From Octopus sinensis (Eukaryota), in assembly GCF_006345805.1 (NCBI RefSeq), contig NW_021831285.1:1-64000 (forward strand): DNA of 64,000 nt, written 5' to 3'. Under the pieces are notes generated by a model. The model did not search any database and was not told the DNA's origin. It worked only from the letters and a program-made list of their open reading frames with translations. Both the position numbers and the translations under genes were made by a program. Shown piece after piece: positions 38,160 through 49,829 of the stretch; the first letter of the stretch is position 1, and every line of letters starts with the position of its first letter.

Positions 38160-39300
38160 CAGAACTGACGATGAACACATATTTCAGTTTGTTGAAGATC
38201 CTAGAAGTTTAACTGTTCTAAATACCATCACTGAGATACAAACTGCTCTGCGGTAATTAAAGAATAATAGGAGTCCGGGTACTGATGGTATGAATGGAGA
38301 ACTTTTAAAATACTCACCAAACTCACTCGCTCATCAGTTATACGCTGATCTGGAAGTGTGGGTTGGCTCGGAGCACTCTCGTAAATTCAAAAAACACATT
38401 GGCACTTCACAAGGTGACTCCTTATCTCCGATCTTATTCTTCATCTATCTGGGAGCTCTTCTTCGTGATCTGAGAGCTAAAATTTGCCCAACCAGTATCA
38501 TAGAATTAATATATGCGGACGACATAGAATTTGTTTTAGAAGAAATGAATGATATCAGAATTGCACTTGACTACGCTCCTGAAGTATCTGGAAAGTGGTT
38601 TTTGAAAATGAACGAACAAAAGACTGAGTTCATTGCAGTTAAACGAGAAAGTAAAGTTACTGACGAGATATGGAGGGGATCAAGAAAAATCGGGCCACTG
38701 CTTGGTGATTGGGAAGATGTCCAACGAAGAAAGATACTGTTACCACTGAAGAGGCTTAAATCGATATGGCTAAGCTACACCCATCTCACAAATCCCGTAA
38801 AAGTACGTTTGTAAAATGCTTTCATCCTGCCCATTTTACTATACAACTCAGGAACATGGGGGACTGAACCAGAAATTTGTAGAAAATCTCGATGCTTTTC
38901 ACAGAAAACAACTCAGATCATTATTGAAAATACACTATCCAGTGAAGATCAAGAACCAAGACTTATACTCCGTTTTCAGAACAGAACAATTCGATGCAAT
39001 TATCACTAAGAGCCGATGGGGACTCTTCGGCCACATACTACGGATGGATTCCTCAGTTCCTCCCAATGACATCATGGAAACATACTTTTAATGCTCTGGG
39101 ATTTCTCGAGGCAGGCCAAGGACAACACTACCACTAATCTTAAATAACGACCTTAAACATGTCGGATTGCTACTAGAAAATACAGACGATCTAGACAGCC
39201 TCCAAAAAATCGCAATCTCAAGAAAAGCGTAGAGGTGTTTAACAGACAAAATCTTATGGGTTTGATGTTCCTGGAGCGATAGCCCGATTCGGAAACGAAA
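38160..39300 (+). mobile_element. Internally deleted RTE-like LINE
   Basis: SPGTDGMNGELLKY joined directly to GTSQGDSLSP, IYADD, SRWGLFGHILRM and GRPRTTL. Confidence 0.85.
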
Positions 39301-39319
39301 GAGCAACGGTTTGAGAGGA

Positions 39320-39500
39320 AGTACTGTACCACAAAAAGACCTCTTCCGGTGGTTTACAGAGTTGGATCCTTTCCAGCAGGTTTCGGTGCCAAACGCTGTC
39401 GAGAGCCTTCGAAATGTCTAAGCATTGACTAGCATAGGTGCCTACATGAGCTATCCAGCTCTTTTTGGTAGACTTGAAATAATCGTAGGCTGTTTAGGAT
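39320..39500 (-). mobile_element. Jockey/CR1-type RT fragment
   Basis: Minus frame LDISKALDSVWHRNLL. Confidence 0.6.
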
Positions 39501-39707
39501 CCTCACATGACTGATAATTTCATTCCCAATTTATCATTTTTTCAATTCTTTAGTACATAATTTATGCTTGTATTTTATAATAAGAATTTACTTAATATTA
39601 TAAAAATCAGAAACTATATATTAAAAAATATAATTATTTGTATTATATATAATTGTATTTTATTATCCAATTCTTGTGGTAAATGAGCAATATTTGATTC
39701 TTGGCCA

Positions 39708-41800
39708 ATGGACGTCATTTTGGATTCCATAAACTCACTAGTAAAAATAAATCGTCTCCCGGAGTTCTACCGACTATCCCAAAAGGTCACCTCTATAAAC
39801 AAAAACGTACATTTTGTTAACTAAATACGCAGTTGAAAATATCTGATTTTTACTTTCTTTTAATGAAATCAATAAGAATCGGAAAAGTTTCTCGTTTAAT
39901 AGTCAATGGCCGATTCGTTTTTATTACTTCAGAAGTATTACGAAATCGGAAAAAACGGAAAATAAATATATCTTGTGTGACTGACTTGACTCCTCTGGTC
40001 CCCGAGTTTATTCAAGAACTCAATTTCCCAAATTTCCCGTTAATTTCAGTTTCAACAATCCTCCAACACATCACCCTCACTTATGACATATCACTCCCAA
40101 AAAACGCGACTTTGGAAAAATATTTAGACGAGGCAATTGCCCAGGCCGTCTCTCAGAATCTCATAATTATGTTGCCAGACAAACACGTTAAAGTAGTCTT
40201 CTTTGATTAAACCACTTAGTTAGTCACAGAAATACCCACTTATCAGTACATGACCTACAACGTTAAGGTATTTCAATCCTCTTTAGTTTAAGAATGTTAA
40301 ATTTCCTTTGATCTGTCCCGTCTGTAAGGATTTGATCAACCCTTCCTCCAACAGCCTAGTTCTTCAGTGCACTGACTGTGGGATGATATGTTTCTCTTGT
40401 TTATAATGTTGGTAGACCATTCTGAGTGCTCTGTCAATGTGCCTGAGTTTAGCGAGCAAATTGAGACTTGGAGATGTGGGAAATGTCCTCAAAAAATCAA
40501 ATCCCGTCGGAATACAAAAAATGACTCCAGTGGTTGTTTTGGTCTTGAGATTACTGCAGTGATTGAGACAACCCTCATGATGACAGGGCAGCCGGAGTAC
40601 ATCACCGCGGAAGACCGTGAGATATTCAAGATGGCACACCTCTCTTCACTCGATACTGTTTTTACGGAAAATTCCAATTTGGACGAAGATGAGCCTTCCA
40701 AGTCAGAAGCTTCCACTCCCCGAATTATTATTGGTCCTCATGAAATTCCAGCCTGGCACTCTTCTCCGTATCCCCAGGAGTTCTCCAGGTACTACTCTAA
40801 GATCACGGAATAGCCTTTCGCGGTTATTTTTGTGTTCAAAGTGTCTCGTTTATATGAAGACCGCAAAAATTTTAGCAAGACATGAGGTTATTGACTAATT
40901 TTGACTGTCAGGCTGTGTGTCAAATGACTTTCCCGCCTGGAAATGAGATTTACCGTCACGGAAATATTGCAGTGTTTGAAGTTGATGGAAACAATGACAA
41001 AATTTACTGCCAAAATCTCTGTTTGTTGTCACGCTTGTTTTTGCTGCACAAAACTCTTTATTACGATGTTGAACCTTTCATGTTCTACGTGATGATTCTT
41101 CGCCCTCAGAGTGCTTCCGTCGAAGGGGACTTTGTGGGGTATTTCTCGAAAGAAAAGAACAGCGGACATAACTATAATTTATCATGTATCATGGTTCTCC
41201 CGGTTTTTCAACGTCGTGGATTTGGACGTTTTTTGATCGAATTGAGCTATGCTCTGTCACGGAGAGAAGGGAAGACTGGCTCCCCAGAGAAACCACTTAC
41301 TGAACACGGGCGGGCTGCTTATATGGCATATTGGAAGTCAAGTGTGATTAGAAGACTTTCTCTAGCTGATTCAAAGTCGATCACAATTAAGGGTACAACC
41401 AGATTTTATTGCCAGTGTTGAGTGACGATTTAGGAATGTCAACACACGACATTGCGGCCACGTTGCAGAATTTAGGGATCCTCACTATTCATGATGAAAA
41501 GTAGTCAGTCTAGGTGGTTTATTAGAAAGGACAATGTTGTCGTTGGACTGGGAGAATAGAGTGGTTGAGGATGTGATGGTTCATGAGGAGTGTCTTCACT
41601 GGATGGTAAGGTTGTTGGCGTGACTGTAGCCTCCTGATGAGAGTTCGGCCAAGAGGCAGAAGACGGGAGATATTGTTGAGAATAGTTGTGGTACTTCACT
41701 GACGGGGGATGAAATGACTGTTGAAGTTACTTCTCCGGGGGCGATTCCATCAAAAAGCAAGTCATATTCTAACAAGTCAAAATGTGATACTTGCGTTTGA
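39708..41800 (+). CDS. KAT6/MOZ/enok-like MYST histone acetyltransferase; 10 exons, ~620 aa
   Basis: Nine GT-AG introns (26,27,25,26,25,25,23,29,24 nt) give a 1863-nt in-frame CDS. Winged-helix/H15-like N-terminus; PHD (CPVC...CTDC...HSEC...WRCGKC); MYST core ([37 protein letters not shown]). KAT6 call rests on domain order. Confidence 0.85.
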
Positions 41801-42499
41801 TACATGTACATTTTATATGTTTGTATGACAATGTATTTGACTATAAAGTGGACTGATATATTATTTTTATTGAGGGATCTTTTACTAGGTAGACATGAGT
41901 ATTTTTGTAATAAGCTAAGATAAAAATTATTTTCCTTGCTTTAAAATACCCTCATTTTCAGTGTTCAAAATTTTATTTTTACTTTTTTACAGTTTTTATA
42001 TTCCTAAAAAATCAGATCTTGATAGATGTTACATAATAACGAAAATGAATTAAAACTTATATTTCTCTGAGGAGACATTCTTAAAATCAAATCCAAATTC
42101 CACCCCAAAATGGTTGGAGAAATTTGTCAATAAACCAAAGAGGTAGTTGGTGTAAGTCATCTTTATGCAAAACGGTTTCTCTGTGGTCAAGGGGTACAGA
42201 TTTCAACTTAATGGGAAACCTGCCGACTATAGTGGTCATGACTTGACTTCATAATTGACATTATTCGATCATATAATACGGATAGTAAACTGTTTTACAA
42301 AAATCAATCAAATTAAATAAAAAAATAAACATCAAAATCTGTCGCTTAGTAAGATTTTAGAAAATGTCAAAAAAGAATACGAGGAAAGAAGAAATCAAGC
42401 TGTTATAAACGGATCCTTTGAAGTTATTCTAATAGACAAGACTTTACAGTAAAATCAAAAATACTAAAAAATTAGAAACTAAAGCATTTTTGAGATTTT

Positions 42500-44190
42500 A
42501 AAAAGGAAAGAAAAATTATGAAACCAATTATAATTACGAAAGAATATTAACAAGTGCATCTCTAACCCCAATTTTCCAATTTTCTTCATTTTTATGCTTA
42601 TGGCAACGCAGAAGTGCTATTAACTAACTTTAACTGTCATTTTGGTAGGAAAGGTCAGACCAGTCTTCGTTGTTGGTGGAGACTTTGAAAACTTTAAAGT
42701 AAAAGTGGCCAATTTTGCATTCAACAAAGTAATAAGTGTCAATTGGGCAGGAATATCCAGTGCTCCTTTAATTATAGAATTTACCTAACTTCTCTAATGT
42801 CTTCTCAGATCATTCTGTTGGCAATGGAGGACTGTCCTTGTACTAGAGAAAGGGAAACTTTTTGCCATGTTTTATTTTATGGCGATCTATAAGATTGCCC
42901 GAGTCGGGTACTAGTTTAGTGAGTTATTCAAACACGACCAATAACTCCGGGAGAAAAGATGAAAATTAAAGAAGTTTGTGGATGAGATTCGATGAAAACG
43001 TCTTGTATGTTAAGAAGAGGGTACTTTGACCCAAAATTATTCGTTACAAACGACGCCACACATATTGAGACGCGGTCCGGACGAATTCACCGTATAATTA
43101 GCATTTTCTGTAAGTCATTGCGGACATTGTCCCACTCACCTGCATTTTGTCAAGCTTTGAGGATCTGAAACTTTACTCTATAGAATACTTGAAAATATTA
43201 ATATATCATTTCATCCAATATTTATACATCTCATTTACCTTATCCAGTTCATTCACAATAAAAAATAAAATTGAACCTCTTTGTGGGCACTCTAAATAAC
43301 CCTGTTTAAGTATAGAGCTGGAACTTTACCTCTCTGATGGCATCGATTTTTCTTCGATCTGTTGGGCTACGTTGAGTTGGTTAGTCACTTCGATAGATTT
43401 AAGAGTCTCCACAAAGGTTTACGTCATCCAATATAGATCTTTCAGTTTCATTTAGGAGCCTATTTTTATATTATTCGGACAACATCAAAATTTTATCTTC
43501 AAGTTCTTGGAGTTTCTTTTTTCCATTGGATATGTTTTGGACAATGGTGTTCTTCTGTTCCTTTAACTCAAGTCGTTCTTTTCTGACGATTATTGCGAGT
43601 AGCTGTGTCTCAAACCTAGAAGAAAGTAAAAATTAATTATCTTGCTGTTTGATACCTAGGTTGATTAATGCGATTTTTGAGGACAATTCGAAAGTTTTAT
43701 GGTCACCTACATAAACAAATTTGGATTGACTGTACATTTCTTTGTGATTTTTACTTTTATCACTTTACCTTAATTAAGGACACACAACTTCCTAACGCTC
43801 TACTAGATACGTTTTTGACAAAAGCGAGTTAGGAATTGGATCAATTGTGTTCTCCACGTTTTCCGTTCATCCTTCTCTTCTCTGGTTCAGGATCTCTATT
43901 TGGAGAAGTTTGCTGAAGAGATGGGCAAAGCACACGAGGATAAAAAAATGGCACATTCTAACGTTCCGGGACTGCTCGATAACGACGAGATTTTTGAAAT
44001 TAATCTGTGGTGATTTCTCAGTGTTTTATTCTATTATTTACAGTTTGGATTGCTGCTTTTTTATTCTTTTTTAAATCACCATCTTATTTATTTGAGACAA
44101 GGCGTTTGAAAACTTGGTTTCTTAAATTAGCACCTGTCAATCTCCCATTTCGCTTTTATAAAGGATAACCAAACAATCCAATTATATTCT
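42500..44190 (-). pseudogene. Axonemal dynein heavy chain (DNAH2-like) AAA5-AAA6 region, decayed
   Basis: ETQLLAIIVRKERLELKEQK, LQELEDKI, QRGSILFFIVNELDKVNEMY, LIIR*IRPDR and FSPG remnants; many frameshifts, stops and deletions; tiny introns retained. Confidence 0.8.
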
Positions 44191-44352
44191 TTCTTAAATT
44201 TATTAGTCGTATTTTTACTGTAACGGTCTACCAGGTTTTTATTGCAAATAAACAGTGGTGAACTGATTATCCCACACGATTGAGAGCCTTCCTTAAAATA
44301 ATAATCGCTTGTAAGTGTTCAGTATATTTGCGAATGAAAAAAGTTCAAAAAA

Positions 44353-44377
44353 GGAAGTAAAAAATAAAACGGAAGTA
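44353..44377 (+). promoter_or_regulatory. Two ETS-consensus sites upstream of the ETS gene
   Basis: AGGAAGT at 44353-44359 and CGGAAGT at 44371-44377, about 60-85 bp before the ATG. Confidence 0.4.
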
Positions 44378-44436
44378 CCTAACGCTAGAACGTTTAAAAC
44401 CAGGTATCTGTAATACGCAACAATTCAGAATCAGAA

Positions 44437-44982
44437 ATGGGTGTAAAACGAATAATACTTTGGAAATTTATTATCAACCTTTTAAAAACTGAAAACAAAG
44501 CAATTGAATGGAAAAATAAATCTATGGGAATATTTGTGATCACCGATGGAGATTTGCTGGCATATTGGTGGGGACAATGTAAACAAAACCCTTCCATGAA
44601 CGAACAAAAACTTTTGAGGGCTCTCAGAACATACTACAAATATCCAAAAATTCTTAAAAAAGTACCTCATTCGAGAAATACCTACATGTTCCTAAATCAA
44701 AAAACAGAACAAATCCGAACACATAAGTCACCGGAGCAGACTAAAGAGATAACCATCCCCAATATATCGTATCCCCAATACACTATTCAGAAAGACAAAA
44801 TCCAGCCACAAATCTGTCAGTCTTATGTGCCATTTGAGGATTCGTACTACTCATATTATCAACCGAATATGTATTTTCCGAATCATTATACTTCATATGG
44901 CTACAATTATACAGAATACTCAAATTGGTTCGTTCAGTGTTCAAAGGAATTAGATGATATTCTGTTTCCCCTCGAAAACTAA
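44437..44982 (+). CDS. ETS-domain transcription factor, intronless and divergent
   Basis: LWKFIINLL...IEW...GIF...WWG..K.NP.MN..KL.RALR.YY...KV; Tyr/Gln/Pro-rich C-terminus. Confidence 0.9.
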   Translation: MGVKRIILWKFIINLLKTENKAIEWKNKSMGIFVITDGDLLAYWWGQCKQNPSMNEQKLLRALRTYYKYPKILKKVPHSRNTYMFLNQKTEQIRTHKSPEQTKEITIPNISYPQYTIQKDKIQPQICQSYVPFEDSYYSYYQPNMYFPNHYTSYGYNYTEYSNWFVQCSKELDDILFPLEN

Positions 44983-45109
44983 CATGGTTCTACAATTAAT
45001 GACAAAGCTCTAACAGAACAAGATTTCTACACTCCATACTTTTAAATAATTTGTAATTTAGTTTATTGGCTTTTGTAATAAAATTTATCATATTCAATTT
45101 TTTTAATTC

Positions 45110-45295
45110 CGAGGCACTCTGCTATGAATGACATCATACGGAGGGCCCTCGACTCGGCGGAATTTCCTTCGGTCCTCGAACCATCGGGTTTTGACTGCGG
45201 TGACGGGAAACGTCCTGACGGGATGACACTTTTTTCTTTTGAGGGCGGAAAAGGCCTCGTATGGGACGCAGCCTGTTGGGATACTTTTTCTGCTT
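45110..45295 (+). mobile_element. CRE fragment
   Basis: MNDIIRRAL...[10 protein letters not shown]...LVWDAAC. Confidence 0.85.
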
Positions 45296-45676
45296 TACAA
45301 AAAAAAAGTTATTGAGTTTAATCGATATTTATTGATTTCACATATTTCCTTCCGAAAAAATAGTATTTCAATTAATATGTTAAATTCTATACCATTTTCA
45401 GTTTAATTTTGACAATTTTTATATCAATTTCGACAAAATTGGCCGTTTGTGCACTCTTCGTTGTCTCTCAATCCTGCGAGCCAGTTTTGTCCTATGTTCG
45501 ATTAATTAGAAACTTTGTCTCATTTCATATGTAAAAAATTATTTAAGTGCGTACATTTTGACAAATATTTTTATAACCGTCACACATAAGGACTTTTTCT
45601 ATTTGGCTAAATCAAGATGAGAATTAATAAGGACAATTTTATTAATCAGGTTAATTGCATCCCAATCGTACAATTT

Positions 45677-46860
45677 TCAATGGAAACTGACTTCTAGGAG
45701 GAGGGGGCGAATCAAAGTCATCACCATTCTCTCTAGAATTCGTGCCTGGACGCATAAAAGGGACAGTGGCCTGTATGATCCAGGTTGCTCCTTCGGTTTT
45801 CTAGGCTTCAGGATTGGGTGAATGCACGACAGTTTCCATAATGTTGGAATGAAATTGAAGTTGCACGAGTAGTTGTAAATACTCGTAAGTGCAGAGATAG
45901 CTGCATCGCCCAATTTTTTGAGCATGATCGCTGGGATTCCGTCTGGTCCGCAGGAGCGTGTATTCTTTAGTCGGGAAATTTCTAAAGCGACATCTCGAAG
46001 TAGGAAGTACGATGATGGAGGCTCCCTTTTCGGTTTGCCCTTAATAATTGAAGAGGATTTCGTTTTTTTATAAGGCTTGTGACTTATCTTCACGCAATGT
46101 TTCATAAAGGTGTTTAGGTCTAGTTGGTGATTGTTCTCATCCTCGTTTGTACTGTCGGCGTTTTTAATGTTACGCAGCATCTTCCACATTTTCGAGAGTG
46201 AGCACTTTTTGTTCATCCCTCGGGAAATCGTGTCCAATTTTCTTTTTTGCACTCGTCTCGCACTTTCTGCGATCTCCATGTTCAATTCCCGAATCCTTCT
46301 TGTTGTAAGTTTCGTCAGATGTGTACTGTGTTTGAGGCGATTTCTTTCTTTTATTAGTTTGACTGTTTTAGCGTCGTATTTTCTTTTCGTGAGTTTCAGG
46401 ACTTCTTTCTTTACAAATAGATCTCTCCCCTTTAGAATAACTTTGTTAAAGTAGTTAACTGCCGTGTCGAGGGAGTTGAAATTCTGAGGATGAAAGTTCC
46501 ATAGGGATGAATCAACATATTTTTTATATCCTGTCCAGTCGGCATTAGCGTAATCGTGAAATATTGCATGTTTTGACCGGGTCGCCGGGGTGCAATTGAT
46601 TTTGATAAGAATAGGGTTGTGATCGCTCCCCAAGTCAAAATTAACGGACTAATGAACAGGAGGTGCCAGTCGTGGTGAGCAAATAGTAATATCGGGTGAA
46701 GTGAGTGAATTTTTCTCGTTGTAAGGGGTTCGAGTGTTCATTCTTGGGTCGTTTGCAACACACAGATTTTCCAGGTGAGAAATTATTAGGTTCCCCCTCT
46801 TATCTAAAGGTTGCTTCCAATACGTTGTTAGTTGTATTCAAAACATAACTTTCGTTTCCC
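45677..46860 (-). mobile_element. Jockey/I-group LINE fragment (end of APE endonuclease to start of RT)
   Basis: SPDITI, GSDHNPI, GPDGIP and PILKP.K...SYRPLSLL. Confidence 0.85.
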
Positions 46861-46924
46861 GTAGTTTAAATAAAAATCCCTGTTTCATTAAGATTATATC
46901 CATTTATTTCATTGTGAATATATT

Positions 46925-47290
46925 TAAAAAATTCTATTTGTGAAAAGTCTGCTTCTCCATCTTCACCATATAATGTTATATAAGAAATATGGTGCCTTTC
47001 AAAAATTTTCATAGCACATATCTTATTGAACATTGCAATAAAGTTTCAAATTTAAAAGTATTTTGAATGTCATTTAAATCTTTTAATGTATTTTCCCTGA
47101 AAAAAAAAATTCTATTTGTGAAAAGTCTGCTTCTCCATCTTCACCATATAATGTTATATAAGAAATATGGTGCCTTTCAAAAATTTTCATAGCACATATC
47201 TTATTGAACATTGCAATAAAGTTTCAAATTTAAAAGTATTTTGAATGTCATTTAAATCTTTTAATGTATTTTCCCTGAAAAATAAAAATT
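46925..47290. repeat. Near-perfect tandem duplication of ~180 bp
   Basis: Unit starting AAAAATTCTATTTGTGAAAAGTCTG occurs twice in succession. Confidence 0.9.
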
Positions 47291-47957
47291 CTATTTATTT
47301 TTGCGATCTTTTAGATAAAAATTTTTTCTCTTGTAGTGTTGTGCATGTCTGTTTCTACTGTATCAAGAGAAGCAAATCCTACGGGCCTTCCTGCTGGAGA
47401 TTTAAACAAAAGTGATGTGGCGGGCGCAGGACAACTGGCTCTAGGGCTGGACGAAGTCACAAGAGAAACTATTCCTGATCCTGCAGGTTCTGGGAATATG
47501 CCAACAAACCTGCACTCTCTCAACGCGATCATAAGTGAAGCCAATTGCTCCTCTGAAAGTGCATGGGTGTCCGAAATTGTGCGAGTCACAAAGCAACGGT
47601 TGCGCAGGATCCCAAGAGGCGGGTGGAAAGCTATCGTTGGGAAGTTCAACTCCAAATTCTCTAAAGATCTGAATGTTGGTCAAGTCAAATCAATGCTGAA
47701 GCCCCGGAAGTATGACAAAAGAGCTGAAGTTGAAGAAGTTGACCAATCTATATTTTCGAAGATTGATGTATCTATGTTCGGGAAGTGTCTGAGTGAGTTA
47801 AAGTTTCAATTGGAGAGAATCAAGGAGGTGTCAAGAGAAGTCCGAGTGCCCACACCCAAGCTACTACGAAAATATATAAAAGGGGAAATACTTAATTGTC
47901 TAAATTTGGCAATATCTCATCTCACCCAAACCGCTCCTCCGCAAAATATCAATGATA

Positions 47958-49829
47958 TCTTAATAATAAAATGGTATGGTGTGTGTCTGTCTGTCTGTGT
48001 GTGCACACCAACTTCAAATTGGCAATACGATGTCCTCGACTTACATGATGAGGTCCTTAAAACCTTCCCCCCCAAAAAAATTAAAAAAAAATTTTCTGCA
48101 TTTTGGTTAAAATGAACAACTACAATGTCCTCGACTTACATGATGAAGTCCTTAAAACCTTCCCCCCAAAAAAAATTAAAAAAAAATTTTCTGCATTTTG
48201 GTTAAAATGAACAACTACAATGTCCTCGACTTACATGATGAAATCCTTAAAACCTTCCCCCCAAAAAAAATTAAAAAAAAATTTTCTGCATTTTGGTTAA
48301 AATGAACAACTACAATGTCCTCGACTTACATGATGAAGTCGTTAAAACCTTCCCCCCCCAAAAAAATTAAAAAAAAATTTTCTGGATTTTGGTTAAAATG
48401 AACAACTACAATGTCCTCAACTTACATGATGAAGTCCTTAAAACCTCCCCCCCAAAAAAAATTAAAAAAAAATTTTCTGCATTTTGGTTAAAATGAACAA
48501 CTACAATGTCCTCGACTTACATGATGAAGTCCTTAAAACCTTCCCCCCCAAAAAAAATTAAAAAAAAATTTTCTGCATTTTGGTTAAAATGAACAACTAC
48601 AATGTCCTCGACTTACATGATGAAGTCCTTAAAACCTTTCCCCCAAAAAATCAAAAAATTATTTTCTGCATTTTGATTAAAATTAACAACGCGAATGTCC
48701 TCGACATTCATGATGAGGTCCATTAAAACTTTCAAGGCAAAAATCTCACGTATTAAGAATATCTTTGATGAAAACGACAGCGAGAATATTAACAATGATG
48801 AACTCCCAATTATTCGCGATAAAGAAATTCAATTCATCCTATGTTTTTCTCTTTAAAATTAAATGCATATATCATTATCGACCATGAATCAAAATTAAAG
48901 CTATTATCATATTTGACTTTGACAGAATGTGCAATCACAGATTGCACGACTTTGAATAGAGTGTGCAATAACAGATTTTGAAAAACCACTTTGATAGTTG
49001 AAACCACATTAGCACAATCATTAACACAATTTACCACCAATTGACGCACGACCTTGAATAGAGTGTGCAATTAACAGATTTTGAAAAACACTTGATAGTT
49101 GAAACCACATTAGCACAACCATTAACACAATTTACCACCAATTGACAGCGCAATCAGAAGAATTTGCGTAAAAATATTAACTATTTACTTGAGTTTTTCG
49201 TAAAGATAGAATTTATTTTCGGTATGCCTCTTTTCCTAAACTTTTTTATTATTCAAAAATAATTTTTTAAATAGATAACCGAAGGAGGAAAAACGAAGCT
49301 GAAGAAAAAACGGTCAGCTTAATAAGGTAATTAATTAAATCTTTTTTGTGTGTCGCTTTTTTGTGTGTCGCTTTCTTGCCTGCCGAATTTCCGCCTGCCG
49401 CATCTCCCCCTGCCCCATTTCCGCCAGTAAAAAACAAAAAAATAAAAAAAGAAAAAAAAGGAAATTACAAAGGAAAAATGAAAAAATTAAATATAAAAAA
49501 AAATAAACCACAAAAAATGAAAAAAAAGTTTGCAATGACAATAAACAAGGCCCAGGGACAGTCATTAAAGGTAGTTGGGTTATTTTTAGAGAGTGAGTGC
49601 TTTTCACATGGACAGCTGTATGTGGGATGCTCGAGGGTAGGCAGAAGAGAAAATTTATTCATATATGCCAAGGAAGGACGGACGACAAACATCGTTTATC
49701 AACAGGCGATAGAATAGGGTTACATTAAACCAGGTAGTTTTATACATCTACATAAACTTATAGTTGTTTGATGAAACAGGCCCTCCGCAGGAGCTAGGTC
49801 GCGGTGAGCGAAGCGAGCTGCCGAGCTAG
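47958..49829 (+). mobile_element. Non-autonomous Helitron with Pif1 helicase C-terminal remnant
   Basis: A|TC...CTAG|T termini with no TSD; subterminal GCGAAGC hairpin; FAMTINKAQGQSL...FSHGQLYVGCSRV. Confidence 0.92.
48028..48720. repeat. ~95-bp tandem array (about 7 copies) inside the Helitron
   Basis: ATGTCCTCGACTTACATGATG unit recurs every 93-96 bp. Confidence 0.95.

Noticed and set aside
42895-42920. CCCGAGTCGGG hairpin + CTAG as a Helitron end
   Set aside because: It falls at an intron/exon boundary of the dynein relic (SPG..PT on the minus strand), and no matching 5' TC end was found.
47958-48115. C-terminus of ORF 47336-48115
   Set aside because: It is read-through into the Helitron 5' end; the real frame resumes at 49830.
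49346-49530. Pro/Lys-rich N-terminus fused to a helicase motif
   Set aside because: It is low-complexity non-coding repeat sequence that happens to be in frame with the Pif1 remnant.
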